A stretch of DNA of 64,000 bases from Lytechinus pictus (taxonomy: Eukaryota): positions 48,920,001-48,984,000 of the forward strand of contig NC_087251.1 of assembly GCF_037042905.1 (NCBI RefSeq), in the 5' to 3' direction. This document shows positions 1 through 12,939 of the stretch, in pieces. Numbering within the stretch: position 1 is the first letter of the stretch; each line of letters begins with the position of its first letter. A program made the translations under genes and the position numbers. The notes beneath the pieces were generated by a model. The model was not told where the DNA came from. It saw only the letters and a program-made list of their open reading frames with translations, and ran no database searches.

Positions 1-1282
1 CCTTCTACACCAAATATAACCAATCGAAACCTAGCCGAAAGTCCGCAGATAGATATAACATGTAAGATGAAGAATATTTTAGGAAATCTTCTATATAGAT
101 AAAAGTCGCCATTGATCATGATAGGAGGGGAAGAGTGTGGTTTTTTTTTGGGGGGGATGTAACATTATATAAGTGCTACTGACATTTTAATTCTAACTTT
201 TACCATAATAATATAATCGTTTAAATGGAAAATATAGTTGAAAACAAGAAATTTTAGATGTGGTTGCTGGCTTATATCGGTTGTAATGTATCCTTTAACT
301 TATTCAATATGAATGAACATTTTGTAACAAAATGAAAAAAAATTATAAATCAGCGTGGAAATCATAGAATCATGTACACTGAATTAAGAAAATAATGCAT
401 TCAAATTAATTGTCAATAAACACAACACACGTTTGTGTGCTATAAATTGGGTACCGGTATTTGTCACTTTTCTAAATGACGAAAATCATATGAAGGAAAA
501 TCAATTGCATTTATTCTCTTTTCAGAAGGAAGATAATTAGGATTTATTTTTTTCCTGAATTACATCGTATTACAATTATTTTTTATTAACATATTTAAGG
601 TATAATTTGAAACATATTCATTGTTTTTCGTTGTTTTGATGTATAGCTCGTGGCGTACCAGGTACACCCATTCCGCCAACGAATCGTGCACAACAATCGA
701 AGGATACACCATATATGGACTCAGGTAATAAACCATAATTGACAGATAACCACATTACTGGTAAAATTATATCATGAGAACACACTTGATTTGGCAAAAT
801 TGAAATAATTGAAATCATATCCAGATAGAAGGCCTGTATATTAATGTGACGGTCGTTTGTTACTGAATGAATTGATGGCAGAACCAACTTCGTACCTTTA
901 TTCCTATCTATTTCATAATTATATTCTCAGTATTAAACTTGTTCGTTTGTGAGTAGGCTTATGGAATCGTTTACTATCAGTGGTAGGAAATAAGACTTTA
1001 ACATTATCGTGTGAATAATGATAATGACAATAATTGTGGCTACTTTATAGCGCACAGGTTAATGTTTGAAGTGTTTATGGCACTTCAAGAAAGTGTACAT
1101 GAAATATTGAGGTAGAACAGAAATAGAAATTCTCCCGAACACAATATAATATTAAATCGTTAATGAGTTAAAATTATTTCCTCATGTTGACAAGTTTTTC
1201 ATCATCTTTTGTTTTGTTCTGTGTATATACATTGTATCTACATGTGTGTAAACCAGTGAAAAAATCCTTTATGGACAATAAA

Positions 1283-3091
1283 GTTGATTGATTGATTGAT
1301 AACGAATTTATTCATTCCAAAAATTTCAACAAGGTTACAAAGTAAAGCAAAATATAATATAACATTATGAAATGAAATAGAAACCTTCTGAAAAGCAAAC
1401 CTTGTTGTTGAAGGTTTCCTTCAATAAATAAGACATATTACTGCAAAAAACAAAGTTCAATATACACAGTGCGTCCCAGAAAAAACGAAACCGAGATTTA
1501 GCGATGATTTATCATAACTTAATCACAAATAAAATAGACAAATGACCTACCAATGTAAAGCTTAGAATCTCCTCTTTCATCTGATATTACTTAGATTATT
1601 CCTCATTCACGCATGAGTGAGCAAAAACAATTTGAAGGAAGGATACCAAAAACTCATTTGGCGGGGGGTATATGAATTTAAAAAATAAAATCACATGTCC
1701 TAAAAGTTCAATATCTGCTCTTTAATTTGATACCTCAATTACAGAAAATGGTCAAGAAATAACAAAGTTCTGGTTATTTGAAATAAGGCTTGAATTTCCA
1801 TAATTTCATTAAATAAACTGTTTTCACCGGTTTCCACAGAAGCTATCGCATGGTTAACAAAAGACTTAATGCATGGCTGATCGTAAACAAAACGGAGTGT
1901 CGAGTGAGTTTGAACGATAGCCTGTAAAACCTCTTAATTTTATGAAATTATTGAAATTCAAAGCCTTATTTCAAATAACCAGAACTTTGTTTTTTCTTGA
2001 CCATTTTCTGTAATTGAGGTATCAAATTAAAGAGCAGATATTGAACTTTTAGGACATGTGATTTTCTTTTTGAAATTCATATACCCCCCGCCAAATGAGT
2101 TTTTGGTATCCTTCCTTCAAATTGTTTTTGCTCACTCATGCGTGAATGAGGAATAATCTTAGTAATATCAGATGAAAGAGGAGATTCTAAGCTTTACATT
2201 GGTAGGTAATTTGTCTATTTTATTTGTGATTAAGTTATGATAAATCATCGCTAAATCTCGGTTTCGTTTTTTCTGGGACGCACTGTATATAATATACAAA
2301 TCATATCTTTCTTGTTGAAGTTCAAAAAATATATAATACACAAGTCATCATATCTTTCTTGTAGAAAATTATATGTAAATCCTTGTAAAATATTTCTTTA
2401 CATATTCTCCCAAGTAAAAGATAAACAAGGCTGGATTATATTACAAGATATGAAGAAAAAGTGAAAAGGACACACAAAACAAAACGTTACAAAACAGGAC
2501 GTGACAGAACGGTACAAGAGCAAGGCATGACAAAAAGTTATACAAAAACAAGACAAACGAAATAGTATACGAACAGACAAATTGAAAAAAAATAACAACA
2601 ACAAAACAAAGGACACAAGACGATTAAAAGAAAACAGACAACAACAAAAAAGAGCGAATGAAAAGAGACGGGAAAAGAAATGAAATATAGGCGGGGGGGG
2701 GGGGGGTCCGGAAGAACAGAAGATCCACAAGATATCCTAAGTAGGATGAATGATGTGAGTGTTATAGTTATTGGTTAGATTTTTTTAAGTGCTATATTGA
2801 AGCTATGAATAGTTGGCTTATTTCGTAAAGTTTGCGGAAGTGAATTCCAAAGTTTGATGCCAGAAGATATGAACAGTTTGTTTGTTAATAATGTCCTCGT
2901 TCTAGGTAAATAGAAAAGTCCAGCAGATCTTGTAGGGTAGTGATGAACATTGATATTTCTTGTAAACATAGAATAAAATACGTCTGGTAGTTCATCTCTA
3001 CTAAGGTTGTACATAAAAGATCCAAGATTATAATGGTAAAGATCATGTATCTTAAGAATACCATGAGTTTAAAAAAGAACATTCGTATGTG
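1283..3091 (-). mobile_element. Degenerate non-LTR retrotransposon (CR1/L2-group LINE) 3' portion, interrupted by later insertions
   Basis: Minus-strand peptide 2775-3014 (HHYPTRSAGLFYLPRTRT...SSGIKLWNSLPQTLR...SFNIALKK) resembles the typical C-terminus of CR1/L2-group ORF2. Downstream on the minus strand are a stem-loop (GAAACCTTC/GAAGGTTTC, ~1380-1419) and an (ATCA)n-type tail at ~1283-1300. Boundaries are approximate. Confidence 0.6.
1467..2285. mobile_element. Palindromic MITE, Tc1/mariner-like (CAGTGCGTCCCAG termini), copy 1
   Basis: Long near-perfect inverted arms CAGTGCGTCCCAGAAAAAAACGAAACCG...CGGTTTCGTTTTTTCTGGGACGCACTG; TA on the right flank; second copy at 51406-52222. Confidence 0.9.
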
Positions 3092-4506
3092 CAGTGGCGT
3101 AACTACGGGGGGGGGGGCACGTGCCCCCCCCCCCCCCCAATCGGCTGGCAAAAAAACAAAAACAAAATAAACGGGGAAAAAGAGGGAGAAAGTGAGAGCA
3201 ACGTAGTGGGAAGGAAGAAATTATTGTTAATTAACTTTATCATTTATGAAACATAATTTGCTCAGGGCCTATGTCTTCATTGTCCCTGATGCTCGCATCG
3301 TCTGTTTAACGAGATATGTAATCCTGTTGTACTAAAACCTCCCGTTTTCAAGTCAATACACCAAATATATTTCCTCGCACTTCGAATTATAATTGTTTTA
3401 TGTAGTGACATATCATTTTAAGGTCTTAATATAAAACATTTCCCGTCCGTGCTTACGTTCGCATTAGTGGATTAGTGAGATATGTCTGCTCTTCATGAAT
3501 TCCTAAAATCAGTCCTTAAAATTTCCCTTTTTCTGATCTGAATATCAAAAATTTCAGCTTGCGCTCGCATCATTTGGTAAGTGAAATAAATTCCTACAAA
3601 CAAGCCTTAGAATGCCCCTCTTCAGGTGTGAATATCCTAATTTTTCAGCTCGCGCTTCGCGCTCGCAATATTTGACTAGTGAGATGCGTATGATAATCAT
3701 GACTACAATGACTACAAAAAGTATGTCTTTAGGTGTAATTCTAACAAAATCAGCATGCGCTTGGCACCCGCATTAGAAGACTATGGTGAGATATATGTAC
3801 TCTTAATGGATTCTTTTTAAAAATAGACCTTTAAAATATCCATGTTTGGGGTCAATATATATAAAAATTTCAGCTCGCGCTTCGCGCTCGTTTCATTTGG
3901 TTAGTGAAATACGTATATGGTCTTCGTGAATTCCTACAAACAAGCCTTAAAATGACCCTCTTCAGGTCTGAATTTCCTAAATTTTCAGCTCGCGCTCGCA
4001 ATATTTGATTAGTGAGATGCGCATGTTAGTCATGATTACAATGACTACAAGTGATTTATGTGTTTGGATGTATAAAATTCTAACAAAATCAGCAAGCGCT
4101 TGGCACTCGCATTAGATTACTTTATGGTGAGATATGTATACTCTTAATAGATTCCTAAAATATAGTCCTTAAAATGTCCGTTTGGGGTCAATGTATAAAA
4201 ATTTCAGCTCGCGCTTCGCGCTCGCATTGTTTGTTTAGCGAGACAGGTACATATCATGATTACAAAAATGTGCTTATAATGTCCCTTTTTAGGTCTGAAT
4301 ATCAAACATTTTCAGCTCGCGCTTCGCGCTCGCATTATGTGACCAGTGACATACATATCTGTTTAATGACACTGTCCTTAAAATGTCTCTATTAGGTCAG
4401 CATACCTAGCAACTGAGCGCTCTTTGCGCGCTCACTAAGTGACTCAAAATTTTTGCTAGTGCCCCCCCCCCCCCCCCCCAATGCCATGACCCACGGTACG
4501 CCACTG
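3092..4506. mobile_element. Non-autonomous hAT-like DNA transposon (CAGTGGCGTA termini), copy 1
   Basis: TIR CAGTGGCGTA...TACGCCACTG; 8-bp flanks CGTATGTG/CATATGTG (1 mismatch); internal repeats of TTTCAGCTCGCGCTTCGCGCTCGCA. Confidence 0.85.
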
Positions 4507-6663
4507 CATATGTGCAATTCAATGAGAGAGGAATAAATAAGTTCTAAGTTGGGACTTGATAATTTTTGTTGATGATGATCTGAAATTTGCCCCGATATTG
4601 ACAGCAACTTTTTCCCGAAAATAACTCCGGGGAAAAGCCACACCTGGATAATTAAATAAGACTGAAAAAATGCCTCATAATGATGTTGTGCCTTCTCCTC
4701 TCAGGTGAGCAGATCGTACCACGCGTTGCCACTCCTGTGAACGACGGGTTCAGAATACCCAACGTATTCCGCACACCTCAAGAAAGAAGTAAGCCGTCGC
4801 CGAGACCTCCGAACTCCACGGAACAAGTTCAAGGGCTGAGACGGGCAAATCAGCGACGGCGCATTGTGAACTTGAATCGGAACACCCCGAACACAACAAG
4901 GGAAATCGATTTGTTCAATGGAGAGGATATATTTGAATAGGTCATTGCGACGACACAATCACCGAGATCATTAAACTTGAGGTAAAGAATGATTAATAAT
5001 GAATTGTGGCTTGAAGCATGGATAATCACACTAACAATTCCTTGCTTGGAAGCTTAGAAGACTAACTTTATTGCACCTCCATTTTCGTTTCTCTTTCTCT
5101 TCCCTATATTTCAAAGAAGATAATTGTCAGTTTCAGTTTTGACATATTTTCTAATATGGACTTTGCAATGGCGCTTTCGGTGTTGAAATTAATATGATGT
5201 AATAATGTAATTATTAACTTTTTATGTTATTTCTAATTATTATTTGCATTAATATAGACTCTTGTATTTAGAATTATAGCTTTGTTTTGTCCAAGGTTCG
5301 GGGTTTTTGGGGGGAGGTCTCATTTTCAGTGTAATTCTATATATGTTATTTCAATTTTTATAATTTGAAGTATCTTGGGTTGGCATGTATAAGGTTCGTC
5401 TTTTCTTGCCACTGCCCACACTAATGTTCACTACAAAGTTTATTGTGTATTCGTGTTCATTGTAATATATGTTTACTGATTGCTTTATATGAGTGAAAAT
5501 AAATACGAATTGAATTGATTCAATAATATGCATGAGCAGCGATTTCGGGAGGGGGTGCATAATTTGAGATGGAGGGGTCACCCAGCCTGGTCCTCCCTGT
5601 CCCCGCGATCATCGCCCATATTTGTATGAAATTGTTCTTACCATTGCCATTGACGGTATTTAATTCAACTTATAATGATGCTTGCTAGGTATACAGATGC
5701 CAGATGTCACATTATTTCTTTCTTTATTTTTCACCTAGAAATATATAGGTGTATTCCATATCTAGCCGGTAGTTTATGTGTGCCGTGTCGGTGCTTTTGT
5801 TAATGCTTTTCGAATTACCACCTGATTCATGCTATTATTGTCGGTTGATGATGTCATCATGGTTCAAGTGTTTGAGGTTGCACATTTTATTAACAACCTT
5901 AAAGAAAATAATAGCATTTGAAAAAACAAAGTAATATGTCATACGTTGACCAAGAGTAATTTGAATGTGAATATCGGCGAAAATATGTAAAGATTAGACT
6001 AGGCCTGCAAACGAAAACAAAGATACAAACTAAAGTACCAATTAGTTAACAATAATTTAAAATGTTTAGTTGTCCTAGATACAGATCAATAATTGTTTCT
6101 TCTCATGGATAGATTTGTAAGGCAATGATACTTCCACTGTCCTCACATCTTCCTGCATTTTGTTTACCCCCCCCCCCCCCCCCCCCCCCGAGTAAAAACA
6201 TTTCCACTTACAGTTACAATAGTGCAGTTGAATATTACGGATATTACTTCATTCATGTCGCTTTTTAAAACGAAATTGAAAGGTGTAGGGGGCTGACATT
6301 ACTAAAAATAAAAAAGATGGTCAACATTGCGTTTGATATGTTTACTGAAACCACTGAGGGAGGGGCCACACCCCATCAACTCCTGCGGTTCCGCGGCCCC
6401 TGCTACTATACCGGGAACTCTAGTTTATATGAATTTTGAAAGAATATTTATCCCGATACAATGCGACTTTCAGTATATGAGGTATTAGCATTTGTCACAT
6501 TTTAACTAGTAGTAAATCAATGTCAAACGTTCACTCATCACTGCAATCAAATTTCTCAATTCTTTTTTTTTTTAAATATATGTAGATAATACAAAATTCT
6601 TTATCATTCTGAGAATACCTACCATGAAGGAAGAATAAAGTTCAATGCTCTATTGATTCTTAA

Positions 6664-7251
6664 AGGGATGGTCCGGGCTGAAAATATTTATATCTTAATA
6701 CATTGAGTAGAATTCACTGAGCAAAATACCAAAAATTTCATCAAAATCGGATAACAAATAATACAGTTATTGAAGTTTAAAGTGTAGCAATATTTTGTGG
6801 AAACAGTCGTCATGAATATTCATTAGGTGGGCTGATGATGTCACATCTCCACTTTCCGTTTTCTTATGTTATTACATGTACATAAAATCATAATTTTTTC
6901 ATTATTTCATACTTGTGTGAATAATATGTCTCCCTTATAATGAAATAAGTTGCAGCAATAAATATTTAATGCACCAAATCAGTTGTCAATCCAATTTTTC
7001 TAGTTCTTGGAGGAAAAAATTTGAATAAACCTAATTTCATATAATAAAATACAAAATAACAAGTGGAGATCTGACATCATCAGCCCACCTGATGAATATT
7101 CATGACGACTGTTTTCACAAAATATTGCTAAACTTTAAAATTCAATAACTTTGTTTTTTGTTATCCGATTTTGATGAAATTTTCGGCATTTTGCTCAGTG
7201 AATTCTACTCTATTTATTAAGCTATACATCCTTTCAGCCCGGACCATCCCT
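6664..7251. mobile_element. TTAA-flanked palindromic MITE (Kolobok-like, AGGGATGGTCCGGGCTG termini), copy 1
   Basis: TTAA|AGGGATGGTCCGGGCTGAAA...TTTCAGCCCGGACCATCCCT|TTAA with long imperfect inverted arms; second copy at 17779-18377. Confidence 0.9.
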
Positions 7252-8612
7252 TTAAGAAATACATGTATATTTGAATATGTCGCAGTTGATTATCTGACAA
7301 CTATGTGAGTTGATATCTAACTGTCAGTCAACCGTCACGGAGTTCAAGGTGTCTCATTGATGAAACAACTGAAAAACAAATTTGTATTTAATCCGAATGG
7401 CTGATATCTCTCAAACCTATAGTTATGACGCCAATTTCCCTGACCAAAGAAAAAAAGAATATGCACACGTGCATCAGATTTGAGGCGCTTGATATCTCCT
7501 TGTTCCAAATTACGAAGGAAAGTCAAATTGGTCCTCACTGCTCGTCTGACTAGTAAATGAGTCTGACCTTTCCTTTGATATCAACACAATCAACGTCTCG
7601 TGCATTGGGAGCAGCCATTGTTGTGTCTAATTGCGATAATCTCGTTATTTGTAAGGTCCGTTATTGTGTTAGCTTGGATATCAACAAGCTTGATTACGTG
7701 GAGGTGTGAACCCCCTCGTAAATCCACTTACAGTCTTGTCTGGTGGAATGTAAACATATTTACTCATGGTTTTCGTACTTCTCCGAGACGAGCTTGATGG
7801 ACAGGACGAAGGGCCCGGTGAAATAATTAGGTATACCATCTTCGAGGAAAGGAAAATGGCAAATCGCATCGGGGTTCAAGCTCGTTTATAAGTTAACAGT
7901 TTGGGGAATATATCAAAATTCTATTTATTAATGCAATCCGCATAATGACTCCGTGACAGCTGATATAGAACTGTAATTTTCATCTCCCATTTCTCATTTA
8001 CTTCGGTTAATTTCCTGAAATACGACATAAACTTCAAATTTCGCATGTTTGCATTATTCACAATAAGTAGAACAACTATTGCTTATATTTATTTCGTGAT
8101 GAAGTTCTTCCAATCATCATTTGATATATTGATTATAAATGTTTGAATTATCTGTCCTAAGAAGGTATATATTTGTTTGAATATAGAAGATTATCATAAG
8201 CAATTTGGTAGAAAAATATTACACTCAACCGTTTACACTTATAAATAATTATGTCGTATTCCTAAATTCTTGAATTTTCAATGTTACATTTTAATGAATA
8301 TGATGAGCTAAATAATAATGTGCTCACTTGGCGTCCATTGAAAATGGATATCGAAATCAACTCTTTCATGAAACGATGCAAAAAGTATGAATGTCTTAAT
8401 TTTATTTTTGAAACGTTTCGCTTGTTTGATTTCACCTTCTTGGTAATGGTTAACTATGCGAATATTTGTTTAAGCTGCCCGAGCAAAATCGACACACCCT
8501 CTCTATAAGGCAAAATATAACAATTGCTTGACTTTTCTGAAATTATTTATATCAGTTCGCTCTATTTCTAATTGTTAAATTTATCAATAATCATCAGTAA
8601 GAATCTTACATA

Positions 8613-8867
8613 CACTCCAAAAAATATTGGGTAAAAATATTCCGTGAGGGTAATTATGTGTCCAACCAACATTAGGCATTTCTTTTGGGCATTTTTATTT
8701 ATCCAGTGTGATGAAAATTTGGCCATTCTTAAGTAATTGCTGCTTATTTTTTAACCTTACTGGATAATATGCTTCCCGCATTGCGTAAAATACTGCCCCG
8801 AATTGGTTGGAAACAAAATTACCCTCGTGCTGGTTAAAATTTTACCCAATTTTTTTTTTTTACAGTG
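8613..8867. mobile_element. Short TA-flanked MITE with CACT...AGTG ends
   Basis: TA|CACTCCAAAAAATATTGGGTAAAA...TTTTACCCAATTTTTTTTTTTTACAGTG|TA, imperfect TIRs. Confidence 0.65.
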
Positions 8868-9169
8868 TAGAGGTAAAGTAGTGCATTCAAAATTATGCCT
8901 CCATCTTTTCGACTTTTACGTCATCATATAAACTGTATATATTCATCGGATTGCCCCACACGTTTCTGTAAACAAAAATGTTTATGTGCAGATAAACTTT
9001 CTATTATTTTGAATCGTCTATAAATTAATTCAAATTATTAATGCAGGAATATTGATGATTTCGTTCGAATGTTCATGATCTAATTTTGTATTCGTATTTA
9101 TTTACTAAGGTATTTAAAATATAAACGTAGTTATTGAGCGACATGGAGAATATTCGCAGAAAATGAGTT

Positions 9170-9545
9170 TGTTCCTTTGCCAATGATTAGTGCGTCGGAG
9201 AAACCATACTCGAGACGTAACCATTATCACTATTGTCCAACAGCTGTGGTAATTGACAAAAGAGCATTTATGCGCTTCATTTGTGAAGCTTTCCAGAAAG
9301 GTATATCCTCCACCACACAAAACTATCACTTCTATTGTGACCGGTATCATCATCAGACAAGCAAACGTAAACGGCTCTATGCGCGCTCTATTGTTCTCTC
9401 GAGACAGCTTAATTATCGACATTGGCTGTCCCGAAAAGCCACCTAGCGGATCTTTTCTTATCAGACAACCGCTATTCCTGTAATCTATTCAAACCCAATT
9501 ATAATCGTCTCGGCTCAACTTCTCAGACGACCCATTTAAATAGAG
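9170..9545 (+). promoter_or_regulatory. Putative lefty proximal promoter/cis-regulatory module
   Basis: Directly upstream of the lefty 5' UTR. TATA-like TTTAAATA at ~9535, CCAAT boxes, repeated AGAC/CAGAC (Smad-type) motifs and three CTATTGT (Sox-type) motifs at 9230, 9332 and 9388. Confidence 0.55.
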
Positions 9546-9691
9546 CCACTCGCACCATCCCTCTCACTCTCAGAACTAACTTCAAACGACAAACATCTCC
9601 CAGATCTTACCACTTTCGGAGTAAAAACAAATCCAGCATCTTCGAAGTTTTCACAGAACTTGATTGTTGTCTCTGCGCTTCTTCTCTCAAT

Positions 9692-12374
9692 ATGGAATTA
9701 TCACTTGGTGCTCCAGTTGTCGTCACGTTTATGGCTGTTCTGGCCAGCATCGCTACTGCTGCTCCTCTTGATGCTGATTTTGACTTACAAATGGATATTC
9801 TTGATAAGATTGGAGTTACAGATCCTTGGAACTTTCCTTCAGTGGATGCGAGTACGATTTCGGTTCCCGACCATCTCCGATTCCAGTACGAGTCGTTGCA
9901 TCGTCAGCATCGCATTCGCCGATCCTACATCGCGAAAGGAATTCATAAAAACGAAGGTGAGTGTCGTTGAGAGTAATATTTCGTTTTAAAATGTTGATTG
10001 CATTGTTATTTTAAAAAATGGATATACTTCAAAATCACAGAAGACACAACTTCAAACATACTACATTTAATGCATTGTTTCATCTTATTTGAAGAATTGA
10101 TCTCATCAAATTCTATTCAACCAATGAAGACACAACTTCAAACATACTTCATTTAATGCATTGTTTCATCTTATTTGAATAATTGATCTCATCAAATTAT
10201 ATTCAACCAATGATGTCGTATTCACAAATCGCATTGTATCTGCTTAAGTTCGGATGGTTATCCAAATACAACATTAAAATGGATTGGATTAAAGGAAAAC
10301 ATAAAAAATATTTTTGAAATGTGTGATCTACGGTTTTAAATATTAACCAATGGATAAAAAAACGAGCATGAAGCAAGTTCAGTAATTATAACCCTTTTCA
10401 TTTTCTTTTCTTTGTAGAAATTTACGGAGATGTGTCGTACACTGAGCGCAACCGACAGCACTTCACGTTCGACATGTCCGCCATCCCCGATGGCAGCGAG
10501 GTCATCATGGCTGAACTCAAGGTCTACAAGGAGCGACCCAATCATTCCATCTTCAAACCCGATGTCGAGGACGGCGAGGGTCCAGCACCCCCACATCCAG
10601 TCAACCACGGCCACGTCCACTCCGCCCTGGTCTCTGTAAATCAACTCATCCACCAAGATATCGATTTGAATTCAGACCCGGCCGACCTAGCAGCTGATGT
10701 TGCCAATCAACATAACGGCTTCAGAACCATTACAATTGATCAGAGGTCAGTATCATTGATTTCACATTATATTCGTCATGATATAGATGACTATACTTGA
10801 AGAAATAGACTTGTAATAACGAATTAGAACTGAAAATTATTTCAACATATTGAAATATAAATTTCATGTGCAGAATAGATTATTAGTGAATGTAAATATT
10901 GTGTGAAGTAGAGAAATAGAAATCTCTTTCAATGGGTAGTAAATATTTAAAATATATAGAATCAAAATCGCGCCATAGTACATGCTACATTTTTTTTCAA
11001 GGACACTGAGCATGGTGATGAATGGAATTAAGTGAAATATATAATCATATTACATGACAGTTATATGCAAAGTATATTGTAAAAATTAATGCGAACGAAG
11101 AGGTAAAACTGCACAGCAAATATATGTGATCATTTGACTTATTTTCTCTATATAGTTTTGAATACTCTCTTTTAGTGTTATTAACCGACTGTTCTCGTTT
11201 CATTTAACAGAGAGGTGAATCTTAACGGCTCTGGCTGGAAGGTCTTTGACATCACCAACACAATCCAGACATGGGTAGCGGATCCCGACACCAACCTGGG
11301 CGTGGCATTCCACATCGATCCAATCGAGGGAGCTCATCACGCCAGGCAGGTGGCCAACGAGATCGTCTTTGCTACTGACTTTTATCCCGAGACCCCAACT
11401 TCCCCTGATAGCAGACCAGTGCTTGTCATCTACACTACTAAATACAAAGCAAGGTGAGAATCATATATATATATATATATTACCAAGCTTTATTCTTTTT
11501 TTAATACTCGAAAAATGTATTGATTTTGTTTTAACTTGGAATGTATTTAATGACGTGCAAGTTATTAAGCATTTGTCTAAAAGGCAACATTGTGCATCTC
11601 CAAACGTCATAAAGAACAAACACACTTATTTATCTGTCATAAATTCGGCACTTTGAAGAACTTATCTAACAATAAATTAATACATCGAAGTGATTGAAAC
11701 ATGTTCGTCGAAGTATATATATAATTTGCAAGACCAATCTACATTTTAGAAGCATCATGTTCTTATTTATGATGTTGTAATAAAGTTGAACTTGAACAAA
11801 ATCAATTCAAACATTGATCTCTAAAAAGTTCGATAAAGGAAATCTAAATCAAATGTTCAGTTCAGCAATCTTTAATCAATTTTATTACTCGCCATTCAAG
11901 GTATGGTCGATGAAAATGCACTGAATTTCCTTTTTTTTTTTTGTGTGTGTGTGTGTGGATTTTGACATTAATCAAATTACAATTCTTTTTTTAATCCTCT
12001 TCAGTGACGAACCAAACGAGTGCCGATACGAAGGCGAAGAAGAACACCGCTGTTGCCGCCGCCGAAAGTACGTCGACTTCCGCGACCTCTCGTGGACAAG
12101 CCGGTGGATCATCGAACCAGCTGGCTTCGAGGCTTTCGACTGCTACGGCCCGTGCCACAACCCACGTAGTCGTCACATCAGGGATCTCTTCAGTCTTCCA
12201 TTCTTTGCTTCAGGATCCACCAGGAATGGAGGAGGTGGCCGTCGGACCTGCGGAGCCTCCAGGTCAACGTCGTTGCCTATGATGTACTTAGCAGAAACAG
12301 CGAGCGGCGCCGTCGAGCTCAAAGTAGAGGAGATCCCGAACATGATCGTCGAAGACTGCGGCTGCTTATTATGA
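9692..12374 (+). CDS. lefty: Lefty/antivin, TGF-beta family Nodal antagonist (4 exons: 9692-9956, 10418-10745, 11211-11453, 12005-12374; 401 aa)
   Basis: All introns are GT-AG with matching phases (1,2,2). Signal peptide MELSLGAPVVVTFMAVLASIATA; RQHRIRR convertase site; propeptide motifs (AELKVYK, GWKVFDIT, RPVLVIYT). Mature domain CCRRRKYVDFRDLSWTSRWIIEPAGFEAFDCYGPC...TCGASRSTSLPMMYL...EIPNMIVEDCGC lacks the dimerisation Cys, which is characteristic of Lefty. AATAAA at ~12716. Confidence 0.96.
10040..10211 (+). repeat. 86-bp tandem duplication in lefty intron 1
   Basis: GAAGACACAACTTCAAACATACT...ATTCAACCAAT occurs at 10040 and 10126 with few substitutions. Confidence 0.9.
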
Positions 12375-12824
12375 TCCACCCCTTACGGATTTCTATATGA
12401 ACACGAACAATTCAGTAATGACTCCTACAATATCACAAGATGAATTCATATCGAACTGAAAGCGACTGCAAAGGAAACCTTTTTATTTATAGTGTGTGTT
12501 TGCTGTAGTATGTCTGAAATAGTCTAAAAGACAAATACTTATTGAGTATAAGAGTATACTCGTTATACATGGGTATGGTTGCATTCATGAGTTTTGCAAC
12601 GTTTTATAAACGTGATATTAATGAAAATCCAAACTGTGTAAATATTTTGCCATAAATTATTATATAATCTATATTCTATAAACTATGTGATGATTCCAGC
12701 TATATATGTATTCATAATAAAATGCAATAATATGATAAAATCGAAATTCTCTTCTTGAATATGTATTAATTTTGGTTACTTATTTTCATTTTATAAGTTT
12801 GATGTTTGCTACTATGATTGATCA

Positions 12825-12939
12825 GGCGATCGTTTCAAGAAACAAATAGTGATTTTTCACTGCCTTATGTGTCCTGAGCCAATCAGATATAATGATTTCA
12901 GAAGCTTATAACAGTTGGCAGTTTCTTGAAATGATCCCC
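12825..12939. mobile_element. Small degenerate MITE
   Basis: Imperfect inverted ends GATCGTTTCAAGAAAC...GTTTCTTGAAATGATC. Confidence 0.5.

Noticed and set aside
9422..9691. N-terminal extension of Lefty suggested by the ORF track
   Set aside because: It begins at a non-ATG codon upstream of the TATA-like box. The signal peptide starts at ATG 9692.
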